This document shows, piece after piece, positions 54,801 to 63,316 of a DNA stretch of 64,000 bases (the stretch's first letter is position 1; the number at the start of each line of letters is the position of its first letter). The stretch lies in the IMG/VR virus record IMGVR_UViG_2928010679_000002. One strand, given 5' to 3'. The translations under genes were made by a program, and so were the position numbers. The notes beneath the pieces are model-generated. The model was given only the letters and a program-made list of their open reading frames with translations. It searched no databases and was not told the origin of the DNA. Source of the DNA: a virus.

Positions 54801-57800
54801 GATTTCGGCGAGAAGATCGGCGGTGCACGTAAGGACCGTGCGGAGAAGACGGGTGCGCGCGGCGCAGCCGCGCCGAAGGACGACCGCCCGGCCTGGGCAC
54901 GTCGCTTCCAGGTGTCGCAGATCGCGAAGAGCCGAGACGGCAGCGAGGACGGGCGATGGGTCATTCGTGATTCGCGTTCGCTCGATTTCATGAAGCAGCC
55001 CCGGCAGGTGGGCCGCGAAACCTATGCGACCCGCGAGGAGGCGGAGGCGGCCGTCCCTCTTGCGGCTGTTTCTCTGAAGCACCGCGTGACGTACACGCGA
55101 GACGGCAAGTTCGAGATCTGGCGCGACGTGACCGACCGAAAGCGCGTGAAGGTGGTGGAACAGTCCTTCGACACCCGCGAGGACGCACTGCGCCACCTGG
55201 CCGAGAACGCCTCGGCGATCATCGAGACCAACACCACTTTCGGGGAAGCGGACCTGCCACGCCCCGCCAGTGAGCAGCGTGTCGGTGCCGAGCGCCGCAC
55301 CGGCGACGTGAAGGACGGCGACTTCGGCAGCACGTTCGGCTTCCGTGGTGTGGAGTTTGGCAACTGGAACAACCAGGCCGACCGGCAGCAACTGCTGAAC
55401 GATGCATACGACGGCCTGCTGGACTTGGCCGATGTCATGGGCATCCCGCCGCGGGCCATCAGCCTGGACGGGGAACTGGCGTTGGCGTTCGGCGCCCGAG
55501 GCAGCGGCTTGAGCGGCGCGCGGGCGCACTACGAGCCTGAAAAGGCGGTCATCAACCTAACGAAGATGAACGGCGCTGGCTCCCTGGCGCACGAGTGGTT
55601 TCATGCGATGGACCACTACTTCGGGCGGCAGGATGGCAAGGCGCCCACCGAGTGGGTGACGGACAAGGACGGCACGCGCTCGCTGAAGGTGAACAACGAC
55701 TTCGAGCGCAATGCCGCCAGTGGTGGCACGCGCGGAGAGCGGTCGGGCATGCGGGCGGAAGTGCAGGACGCGTACCGCAACTTGATGAACACCATCACGC
55801 GCAAGGCCGAGCAGTACACCGAGGACACGGCAAAGGCGGACAAGTTCGTCGGCACTGCGCGCAGTGAGGTGGAGGCCCGGCTGGCGGGCATCCGCAAATA
55901 CCTCGCCGAGAAGCTGCCTGACTACTTCAAGCGCAACAACAAGCCGGCTACAGCCGAGCAGTTGGCCGAGTTCGACACCCTGGCCCAACAGATCATCAAC
56001 GGCGAGGCACTCGAGCTCCGTGTGCAGTCGAAGAACCCCAAGGCCGCCGCGCGCCTGGCTGGATTCCGCTGGACCAATGACGTGCTGGAGAAGATGAGCG
56101 GCATCCTGAAGGCTGTGCGCGGCCAGGCTGGGTTCAGCGCAGATCAGAAGGGCACGCTGGATGCGCTGCGCGGCGACATGCAGCGCTACAGCCAGCGCCT
56201 GAAGATGCTGGCCGACGCACAGGGGAGCACCGAGAAGACGCGGGCCGTGCCCACTAGCTTTGCCATGGATGCGCGTGAGTTGGACCAGGGCCGCGGGCAA
56301 GACTACTGGACTACGCCGCACGAGATGGCCGCGCGAGCCTTCCAGGGCTACGTGGAGGACAAGATTGCAGAGCGTGGAGGCACGAGCCCATTCCTCAACT
56401 ATGGCCCGGAGAATGCCGGCATCCTGACGCCTTGGGGGGTCAAGCGGCCGTTCCCGCACGGCGCCGAGCGTGTCGCCATCAACAGCGCGCTGGACAAGCT
56501 GGTCGACGTGATCCAGACGCGGGAAGGCGAGGGCGGCAACATGGCGTTGTTCCGCCGCTCCGACGACGGCCTGGCCAACATGACGCCGGCAGCCGCCGCG
56601 GCCATGCGTGCGCTCAGCCGGATGCCGTACTCGCCGAGAGCGCGCAGCCAGGCCGTGCAGAGCGTGCAGAAGACTGTCGATGCGGTTCGTGCGAACTGGG
56701 GCAATGCACCTGATGTGGTGGTGGCGTTCGACATGAACGATGCAGTCGTGCCCGAGGCAGCGCGTCGCGCCGACCTGCGTCAGCGCAGCGGCGGTGCACG
56801 CGGTGCGCCCGAGGGCTTCTACTACCGCGGCAAGGCCTACCTGATGGCATCGCGGCTGGCCAGCCAAGAGGACGCGGCGCGCGTGCTCTATCACGAAGTG
56901 CTCGGCCACCATGGGCTGCGCGGGCGGTTCGGCAAGCAGCTCGATGGCGTGCTCAACCAGATCGCGACGATGCGTCGCGCAGACGTGGACGCCAAGATCC
57001 GCGAGTACGGCCTGCGGGGCGTAAACAAGTTGGACCGCCGCGCGGCCGCCGAAGAGGTGCTGGCGGAGATGGCGCAGAACACGCCCGAACTGCACTTCGT
57101 GCGGCGCGCCGTGGCTGCCATCAGGACCTGGTTGCGCGCGCACGTGCCGGGTTTCCGTGGGCTGCGACTGACCGACGACGAGATCATCCGCAACTTCATC
57201 CTCCCAGCGCGCCAGTTCGTGGAGCGCGGTGCCGGTGCCGCCAAGCCAGGCGCGCAGCTCGCATTCAGCCGCGCAGAGGGCGTCGACGCGGATGCAGAGA
57301 GCCGCGTGTTCCTCGATGGCGCGCCGGTGGCGGAGATGAGCGGGAAGGAGTTTGCGTCCGACGGCGTGCCGCTGACCGAGAAGGTGACCCAGTTCTACGC
57401 GAGCACCGGCAACACGGAGGTGGACGTGGCGGGCATCGGCCTGGTGTCACTGGACCGTCAGGCGGTGAAGAGCAGCTTGTTCCACGGCATTGGTCGCGAC
57501 AAGGCAACTGCCTTTGCTGCGGTGCCCGACGTGTTGAAGAACGGCAAGATCATCCACGCCGAGGCGATGGAAGGCTCGCGCGACGCTGGCATAGTCTACC
57601 ACGTAGCCGCGCCGGTACGCATCGGCGATCGCGACATGGTGGAGGTGGTGCTGGTGAGGGCGGACTCGAATGCCAAGCGCATGTACGTGCACGAGGTAGT
57701 CCTGAAAGAAAAACTCCGGCAGACCGCCTTCAAAACTGGTGCAGATGCAGCGGAAGCTGGGGTGCAGGCCAGAGCGGGTGCCGGAGCAATCCGTAGTGTC

Positions 57801-60800
57801 CTCGATCGCATCTACAGCGTCAACCCAGCGGCCGAGGCCGCCGCGACCGATGACCAGACCGAGACGCCGGCGTTTCGTGCCTGGTTCGGGGACAGCAAGG
57901 TGGTCGACGCCGACGGCAAGCCGCTCAGGGTCTTCCACGGCACCGACCAATCCTTCACAGCCTTCGATGACGAATTCATTGGCGAGGGGAATGGAAACAG
58001 CGATTGGGGCAACGGCTTCTACTTCACCGACTCGAAGCAGGCGGCAGACGGCTATGCGCAGGGCGACGAAGGTCGAACACTCGAGGTCTACCTGTCGATC
58101 AAGAACCCCGCCCCGATGGAGGTGGTCAACGACGTCATGGAGCAGCCAGGGGCCGAAATGGACGCGGACTATGTCCGGCAGGAGCTGGCCAGCCGCGGCT
58201 ACGACGGCATCATCGTGAACCACAAGGGCGGCGAGCGTGAGTTCGTTGCCTTCCAGCCGACGCAAATCAAGAGCGCGAACGGCAACATTGGCACCTTCGA
58301 CGAGTCGAACCCGGACATTATGTTCAGCCGGTCGACCGTGGGCGAGTACGCGCGCACCGCGGCCGCCGAGTTGAACAAGACGTTCTCGGCGCCGGGCCGG
58401 CTCAGCTGGTGGCACAAGACGATCGGCACCATGTACAACCTGGCCGAACGCTCGCCGGCATTCAAGCCCGTGTTCGACGCTGCGCAGGGCTTCGTCGACG
58501 ACGTGAGCCAATATGCGACCGACGCGGCCGAGCTGGCGCCCAAACTACTGCCGAAGCTGGAGACCTGGCGCGACATCAAAAAATCGCCAATCGCGGCCGC
58601 CGACAACACAGCGGTGGCCAAGCCCGTCTTCGAGGGCACGTTGACCTGGGCGCGAGACGAGCAGGGCCTGCCGGTGCAGGTGCAGACCCTGATCGACGCT
58701 GCCGCCGGCCTCACCGCCGAGCAGAAGGCCCAGCGCCTGCTGCGCAACGGCCAGATCGATGAGCGCATGCTGAAGGCTTGGCAGGGTATGCCGCTCGACT
58801 CCTACGAGAAGGCAGTGGCATCGCGCTACGAGTCGCGCATGCTGCAGCCCGGCGTGGTCTGGAGCGACGCCGAGCTGCGCAGCATGTTCCAGTTGAGCGA
58901 CGACCAGATCGCGCTGTATCGGGAGTTCCGGGATGCCACGAACCGCAGCCTCGACACCATGGCGCGCGCCGACATGCTGCGCTTCGCAGGCGACGACGCG
59001 AAGGGCCTGCGCACGATGGTGATGGACGCGCCGGACGCGCAGACGGCGGCGGTGCTGATTCGCGACCACCTCGCGCAGTTGGCCAGCGACCAGCCGGACC
59101 GTTCCACGCTGCTGATGAACACCGCCAATGGCATCATCGATCGGGCCGATAAGGTGCGCGATCTGCAGGCCCGCGGCTACGCGCCTCTGTCGCGTTTCGG
59201 CCGCTACACCGTCGACGTGGTGGACGCGAAGGGCGAGCGACAGTACTTCGGACTCTTCGAGACCGCGCGCGAGGCGAACACGATGGCCGCGAACATGCGT
59301 GGCGAGTTCGGCGACGCTGCAGTGAGCCAAGGGACGCTGTCCGAGGAGGCCTTCAAGATGTTCGCCGGCGTGACGCCCGAGACGCTCGAACTCTTCGGCA
59401 GCGCCCTGGGCTTGGACGCGACCGGCGATCGCGCGCAAGACCAGGCGTTCCAGGAGTACCTCAAGCTCACGAAGACCAACCGTAGCGCGATGCGCCGGCT
59501 GATCCACCGCAAGGGCACCGCTGGCTTCAGCGAAGACGTGGGCCGTGTGCTGGCTTCGTTCATCTACAGCAATTCCCGCCAGACGGCGGCCGGCCTGAAC
59601 ATGGGCGACCTGGGCGAGGCGGTCAACGCGATCCCGAAGGAACAGGGCGAGCTGAAGGACGTGGCTGTGCGCCTGGCCGAGTACGTGAAGAACCCGCAGG
59701 AGGAGGCGCAGGCCGTGCGCGGCCTGTTGTTCGCGCAGTACTTGGGCGGCTCGATCGCATCGGCATTCGTGAACATGACGCAGCCAGCCGCCGTGACCTT
59801 CCCGTGGCTCAGCCAGTACGGCGGCGCGCGCAAGGCGGCCGCGGCGCTGGGGACTGCCGCCAAGCACATGGCCACTAAGGGCTTTCAGTACGAGCCGGAT
59901 CTGGCGAAGGCGCTGAAGACCGCGGAGGAGGAGGGCGTGGTCAGCCCCCAGGAGGTGCACCAGCTGATGGCGCAGGCCCGCGGCTCGGGCTCGCTGCGTG
60001 CCGGCGACGGCACGCGGCTGGGCGAGGCACGCGCGGCCGGCCAGAACGCGCTGGCGCGGCTGTCCCTCGCATGGGGCAAAGTCTTCGGCGCGGCGGAGCA
60101 GGTGAACCGCCGCATCACCTTCATCGCCGCGTTTCGGGTGGCGCGCGATCGCGGAGAGACTAACCCTGCGGGCTTCGCCAATCGGGCGGTGAAGGAAACC
60201 CAGTTCGTCTATTCGAAGGCATCGAAGATGCAATGGGGACGCGGCGCCGTGGGCGGCACGCTGATGACCTTCAAGACCTATTCCATTGCCTATCTCGAGC
60301 TGCTGCACCGCATGTACACCCAGGGCGGCCCCGAAGGGAAGCGCGCCGCGCTTCTGGCGCTGGGCACACTGATGATGATGGGCGGTTCGGGCGGGCTGCC
60401 CTTCGCGGAAGACCTCGAGGACCTGGTCGACGGTCTTGCGCAACTGCTGGGCTACAACTTCTCGGCGAAGAAAGCGCGGCAAGAAGTTCTCGACGCCATG
60501 CTGCCGAAGGGCATCGCCGACTTCCTCGAAAAGGGCGTGAGCGGTCTGCCGGGCGCGCCACTGGACGTTTCGGGTCGGCTGGGCATGGGGAACCTGGTCC
60601 CGGGCACCGGGCTGCTGCAGCAGAAGACGAACCATACGCGCGACGTGCTGGAGATCGTCGGACCGGCCGGAGACTTCGCGAGCCGCATCTTTTCGGGCGC
60701 ACTCAAGGTGGCGACGGGCAATGTGGGCGCCGGCCTTATGGAGGTTTCACCCGCGGCCGTGCGCAACGCTGCCAAGGGTGCCGACATGGCCGTGACCGGC

Positions 60801-61208
60801 ATGTATCGGGATGCAAAGGGCTACAAGGTGCTGGACACCAACCACCTCGAGGCGGCGCTGAAAGCGATCGGATTCCAGCCGCAAAGCGTGGCCACCATCC
60901 AGGAGGCCAACAGCCTCAACCAGCAGGCGAAGGGTTTCTACAACCTGCGAGCACAGGAGATTCGCGCGCAGTGGGCGGCGGGCATCTTCGAGAAGAACGA
61001 GGACAAGGTGAGCGATGCGCGCGCGGCGGTGGCTGACTGGAACGCCAAGAACCCTGAGCAGAAGATGATCATTCGCATCCCCGACATCATGCGCCGGGTG
61101 CGGGAGATGCAAAAGTCCAAGGACCAGCGCATCGCTGATACCGCAGCCAAGGCGATGCGCGCTCAGATGCGCGAGGAGGCGGCTCGGGCGCGTGCTGAGG
61201 CTGCGTAG
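51834..61208 (+). CDS. Large polyvalent protein (3124 aa), probably injected with the DNA
   Basis: ParB-like (LDGHHQW), LPD5/LPD1-like (DFGEKIGGARKD; FRGVEFGNW; LAHEWFHAMD), zincin (YHEVLGHHG), ART-like (VFHGT...GFYFT...EFVAF), PLxRFG (APLSRFG), C-terminal LPD38-like region. Confidence 0.85.
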   Translation: MASSDLKPFDGQLDAPPQNLKPFSGELDSPESPKRSALDVAKDIGVTALKGAVGLPQAVVGLADIPTGGRVGKALDDAGVRFKDTQDFLADQYSDAQKAANKKVAAADGFVGTAQAMIENPSTIATSVGESIPQMLGGAGVARGLLKVAPKIGAAVAGAAGEGVIGAGSQAEQIRGETKDGLLTPTQAALAAATGATTAAFGAAGGKLAQRLGIGDAETMLAQGSIQGPGRASQRSLARQVGEGVLSEGVLEEVPQSMAEQALQNLALDKPVGEGVGAAAAQGLLAGGAMGGGAALVHGAGARGEPATAAPADGMALAPQEQPPAAPAETLPAVEGGAASIQRTFDPRDPGSRPPLDVMPPVPSDGMPFEAGPAGARLEFDTGELALADRAAPPRPSEAMGLDPAAGPLSAGAVIAVDSGAHGQLLQDAQRQVDAAALAEQEQAVAANRAAPPVLDYSDLDERDRSLYDDYYRTLDRDTEGHMAAALVDDVPDFADQRNVTDEQFLRALGANDQEIADAIQTARGAAGPEERAGGPIAPAADVAEGARPAAAAAPIEQGQAQPAQAVVAPPAATAVATAAPAPASVQEGIARARGRRAEQAPAAAPAAAPTVAPVAAPAGVVGTGQVPVAKREKAVQRVQQGKAWFLSQEKADAFVNDSGLGDTHQVVPDNRRFVVQPKSTEPVAATTSEVAPPAEPSGKTPSGEWAAFAKDSGTRGVPRAEMPQIKAEHRGAMTNFMNARGISHAEETVPAASLKPTQAEFSPARVQQAKEFQGGDRAILVSRDGHVLDGHHQWLAARERGGDVRVIRLDAPITDLLAAAHEFPSSTIDAASARGPVQAAPAATAAPAAEPAKPARGVVAKAREAKAKRELKADRIAREAEEARASYFTPGNVVRSYGQGFDEVISHKPADQEGNWSVSVRAVRKIGAAKFEPIPGEIERTHSTQPSERELKVGPAARMAGTAPKAQVPAAAPTVAPAEPAADAGKIVDFGEKIGGARKDRAEKTGARGAAAPKDDRPAWARRFQVSQIAKSRDGSEDGRWVIRDSRSLDFMKQPRQVGRETYATREEAEAAVPLAAVSLKHRVTYTRDGKFEIWRDVTDRKRVKVVEQSFDTREDALRHLAENASAIIETNTTFGEADLPRPASEQRVGAERRTGDVKDGDFGSTFGFRGVEFGNWNNQADRQQLLNDAYDGLLDLADVMGIPPRAISLDGELALAFGARGSGLSGARAHYEPEKAVINLTKMNGAGSLAHEWFHAMDHYFGRQDGKAPTEWVTDKDGTRSLKVNNDFERNAASGGTRGERSGMRAEVQDAYRNLMNTITRKAEQYTEDTAKADKFVGTARSEVEARLAGIRKYLAEKLPDYFKRNNKPATAEQLAEFDTLAQQIINGEALELRVQSKNPKAAARLAGFRWTNDVLEKMSGILKAVRGQAGFSADQKGTLDALRGDMQRYSQRLKMLADAQGSTEKTRAVPTSFAMDARELDQGRGQDYWTTPHEMAARAFQGYVEDKIAERGGTSPFLNYGPENAGILTPWGVKRPFPHGAERVAINSALDKLVDVIQTREGEGGNMALFRRSDDGLANMTPAAAAAMRALSRMPYSPRARSQAVQSVQKTVDAVRANWGNAPDVVVAFDMNDAVVPEAARRADLRQRSGGARGAPEGFYYRGKAYLMASRLASQEDAARVLYHEVLGHHGLRGRFGKQLDGVLNQIATMRRADVDAKIREYGLRGVNKLDRRAAAEEVLAEMAQNTPELHFVRRAVAAIRTWLRAHVPGFRGLRLTDDEIIRNFILPARQFVERGAGAAKPGAQLAFSRAEGVDADAESRVFLDGAPVAEMSGKEFASDGVPLTEKVTQFYASTGNTEVDVAGIGLVSLDRQAVKSSLFHGIGRDKATAFAAVPDVLKNGKIIHAEAMEGSRDAGIVYHVAAPVRIGDRDMVEVVLVRADSNAKRMYVHEVVLKEKLRQTAFKTGADAAEAGVQARAGAGAIRSVLDRIYSVNPAAEAAATDDQTETPAFRAWFGDSKVVDADGKPLRVFHGTDQSFTAFDDEFIGEGNGNSDWGNGFYFTDSKQAADGYAQGDEGRTLEVYLSIKNPAPMEVVNDVMEQPGAEMDADYVRQELASRGYDGIIVNHKGGEREFVAFQPTQIKSANGNIGTFDESNPDIMFSRSTVGEYARTAAAELNKTFSAPGRLSWWHKTIGTMYNLAERSPAFKPVFDAAQGFVDDVSQYATDAAELAPKLLPKLETWRDIKKSPIAAADNTAVAKPVFEGTLTWARDEQGLPVQVQTLIDAAAGLTAEQKAQRLLRNGQIDERMLKAWQGMPLDSYEKAVASRYESRMLQPGVVWSDAELRSMFQLSDDQIALYREFRDATNRSLDTMARADMLRFAGDDAKGLRTMVMDAPDAQTAAVLIRDHLAQLASDQPDRSTLLMNTANGIIDRADKVRDLQARGYAPLSRFGRYTVDVVDAKGERQYFGLFETAREANTMAANMRGEFGDAAVSQGTLSEEAFKMFAGVTPETLELFGSALGLDATGDRAQDQAFQEYLKLTKTNRSAMRRLIHRKGTAGFSEDVGRVLASFIYSNSRQTAAGLNMGDLGEAVNAIPKEQGELKDVAVRLAEYVKNPQEEAQAVRGLLFAQYLGGSIASAFVNMTQPAAVTFPWLSQYGGARKAAAALGTAAKHMATKGFQYEPDLAKALKTAEEEGVVSPQEVHQLMAQARGSGSLRAGDGTRLGEARAAGQNALARLSLAWGKVFGAAEQVNRRITFIAAFRVARDRGETNPAGFANRAVKETQFVYSKASKMQWGRGAVGGTLMTFKTYSIAYLELLHRMYTQGGPEGKRAALLALGTLMMMGGSGGLPFAEDLEDLVDGLAQLLGYNFSAKKARQEVLDAMLPKGIADFLEKGVSGLPGAPLDVSGRLGMGNLVPGTGLLQQKTNHTRDVLEIVGPAGDFASRIFSGALKVATGNVGAGLMEVSPAAVRNAAKGADMAVTGMYRDAKGYKVLDTNHLEAALKAIGFQPQSVATIQEANSLNQQAKGFYNLRAQEIRAQWAAGIFEKNEDKVSDARAAVADWNAKNPEQKMIIRIPDIMRRVREMQKSKDQRIADTAAKAMRAQMREEAARARAEAA

Positions 61209-61249
61209 CGCGTCGAGGCTGTGGCCGCAGCCTCACGAGGTGCCCGACA

Positions 61250-61852
61250 TCAGGTCGCAAGGGCTATGAGGTCCGGACTGTTGAGCAGTTCGTCGGCAAG
61301 GCGGCGAAGCATGCGAAAGTGATTGTTTTCGAGGGGCACCTGTGTTGTCGCGCCATCGGCGTTCGTCGTGTTCAAAAGCCACAGGTGTTCTCTGAAGGCT
61401 TTCAGGTCGTCATCTGCTTCATCAACGTGAGCACCGCCATCCTTGTGTGCCGCGGCGAGCGCAACCTGCGCGCGGTTAAAAGTCACTCCGTCGCGAAAGA
61501 AAATGGCTTCATTCCACCAAGCATCGGCGGCAATCGTAGGCGAGCCCGGAGGCACTGGCGTCGGGCGGATCGTATTGCCAAAATTCTGGCCTGCGAGAAG
61601 CTCGGCATAGTCGAAGTTGTGATTCGGAGGTAATGCCCGCGCAGTGGTCGTGACCTGCAGGGTGGCTTTTTGACCGAGTTGCTTCAGCAGCGACTTGCTT
61701 TTGCCGGTGTCGTGAAAGAGGACGCGGAGGGTCACTCCGATCCGGATCGCCTCCAACCCCGAATCGTCAGAGTCAAAGGCCGCGCAAGAGTTTTTGAGGA
61801 AAACTAGCTGACGCTTCAGGTGTTCGAGCAATTCCTGCTGGGTGAGAGCCAT
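61250..61852 (-). CDS. Cargo protein with possible HEPN-like motif
   Basis: 200 aa from ATG 61852; LRVLFHDT...RAQVALAAAHKDGGAHVD; antisense to the late genes. Confidence 0.7.
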   Translation of the reverse strand: MALTQQELLEHLKRQLVFLKNSCAAFDSDDSGLEAIRIGVTLRVLFHDTGKSKSLLKQLGQKATLQVTTTARALPPNHNFDYAELLAGQNFGNTIRPTPVPPGSPTIAADAWWNEAIFFRDGVTFNRAQVALAAAHKDGGAHVDEADDDLKAFREHLWLLNTTNADGATTQVPLENNHFRMLRRLADELLNSPDLIALAT

Positions 61853-61905
61853 GGTGTGTTTCGACGGTTGGTGATCGCAAATTATGCGCAGACAACCGCT
61901 GGCAT

Positions 61906-61947
61906 CCCCCTCTAGGGTTCGACGCCGAACGCCTGCCTCGAAATCAT
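61906..61947 (+). promoter_or_regulatory. Late-promoter-like motif copy 6 (lysis cassette)
   Basis: CCCCCTCTAGGGTTCGAC...AATCAT, 6 nt, ATG 61954. Confidence 0.7.
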
Positions 61948-61953
61948 CGGGGC

Positions 61954-62223
61954 ATGCGAAACGAAACCATCGACACCTTGGCCGCCGTCGGCGGGAAAGC
62001 ATCCGTGACCGGGGTTGGCATGACCGGCGTAGGGTGGTTCCTCTCCAACGAATTCTTCGGGCTGGTCGGCGCTCTAGTCGCCGTCGGCGGCCTGGTGCTG
62101 GCGTGGTACTACAAGCGCGAGGCCAACTACCGGCAACTGGTCGAGCACGAACTACGTGTTGCGCGCCTGCGCCGCGGCATGAAGTCGGACACCGACCTTG
62201 GCGAACTGGGCAGGGTCGACTGA
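61954..62223 (+). CDS. Holin
   Basis: 89 aa, hydrophobic segments, basic C-terminus, directly before the lysozyme. Confidence 0.8.
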   Translation: MRNETIDTLAAVGGKASVTGVGMTGVGWFLSNEFFGLVGALVAVGGLVLAWYYKREANYRQLVEHELRVARLRRGMKSDTDLGELGRVD

Positions 62224-62774
62224 TGAAGAGCGTGCGCACCGCGGTTGCCGCGCTCACCCTCTCGGCCGCAGGCTTCGCTGCCTGGGTGCAGCACGAGGGC
62301 TCAGGGCTCGTTGCCGTTCGTGCGGATGGTGTGGTGGTGTTGAAGCCCTACGTTCCGACTCAGGGCGATGTGCCCACCATTGGGCACGGCTCGACTCGCT
62401 ACGAGGACGGCACGCGGGTGACACTGGCGGACCCGCCGATCACGCGCCGGCGCGCCGCGGAGCTGGCGCGCAACTTGAACCTGGCCGAAGAGCGCCGCTT
62501 CGCTGAGTCGCTGCCTGGTGTGCAGCTGACGCAGGAAGAGTTTGACCTCTACATGGATTTCATTGGGCAGTACGGCATGCCCAACTGGTTGAGCTCGAGC
62601 ATGCGTGGCGAGCTGCTGGCCGGCCGGACGCGCGCTGCGTGCGATGCGCTGCTGCGCTATCGCTTCCAGGCCGGTCGCGACTGCGCGTTGCCGCAGAACT
62701 GGGGCCCGAAGGGCTGCAAGGGTGTGTGGCTGCGCCAGCAGGCGAGGCACGGCGCCTGCATCGATGCCCATTAG
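62223..62774 (+). CDS. SAR endolysin (GH24 lysozyme)
   Basis: N-terminal A/G-rich SAR helix AVAALTLSAAGFAAW, then HEG...GDVPTIGHGST; C-terminal GVWLRQQARH. Confidence 0.9.
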   Translation: MKSVRTAVAALTLSAAGFAAWVQHEGSGLVAVRADGVVVLKPYVPTQGDVPTIGHGSTRYEDGTRVTLADPPITRRRAAELARNLNLAEERRFAESLPGVQLTQEEFDLYMDFIGQYGMPNWLSSSMRGELLAGRTRAACDALLRYRFQAGRDCALPQNWGPKGCKGVWLRQQARHGACIDAH

Positions 62775-62782
62775 GAGAAGCG

Positions 62783-63307
62783 ATGCTGCCCGACCTCAAG
62801 ACGCCTCTGCTGTGGATTCTCGGTGTCGCTCTCGTGGGCGCCTTGGCCACGGCCGGCGTTGAGCGCACCCGTGCTGCTGGCGCACACGCTGATGCCGCCT
62901 CGGCACAAAAGGATCTCGCCGACTACCGCGCCACGCAGGCCGAATCCGGCCGCTTGGCTGAACGGGCCGCCCGTACCCACGAACAGACCTGGCGCGCTCG
63001 CGTCGATGGAGTGATTCAAGATGGTCAAGAACAAATTGCCCGTGCTCGGGACGATGCTGATCGTGCTGGCGCTGCTGAGCGCCGGATGCGCGCACAACTC
63101 GCCGCCTTCCGCGCCGCCGTCCGTGCTGCCAGCGCAGCGCCCACCATTGCCGGCGGAAGCCCGCCAGCCGAAGCCGCCCTCGATCTGCTTACCGACCTGC
63201 TCAGCGGGAGTGGAGCGGCTCTTCGGGAACTGGGGCGATTCGCTGACGCTGCCCACGGAGCCGGCGCTATCTGTGAGCGTTCCTACGACGCAATGACGAT
63301 GGAGTAG
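62783..63307 (+). CDS. Rz: Inner-membrane spanin (Rz)
   Basis: N-terminal TM plus coiled coil, ...AGAICERSYDA. Confidence 0.85.
   Translation: MLPDLKTPLLWILGVALVGALATAGVERTRAAGAHADAASAQKDLADYRATQAESGRLAERAARTHEQTWRARVDGVIQDGQEQIARARDDADRAGAAERRMRAQLAAFRAAVRAASAAPTIAGGSPPAEAALDLLTDLLSGSGAALRELGRFADAAHGAGAICERSYDAMTME
63021..63296 (+). CDS. Rz1: Outer-membrane spanin lipoprotein (Rz1), embedded in Rz
   Basis: Lipobox LSAG-C, Pro-rich mature region, +1 frame inside Rz; start may be 63054. Confidence 0.85.
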   Translation: MVKNKLPVLGTMLIVLALLSAGCAHNSPPSAPPSVLPAQRPPLPAEARQPKPPSICLPTCSAGVERLFGNWGDSLTLPTEPALSVSVPTTQ

Positions 63308-63316
63308 GGCGCAGGC

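Larger units (their letters stand above)
1..63307. mobile_element. Temperate prophage, podovirus-like (integrase to lysis cassette); left attachment site is outside the window
   Basis: Contiguous integrase, recombination, cI/cro, replication, terminase, portal, capsid, tail/ejection and holin-endolysin-spanin modules in canonical order. Confidence 0.96.
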
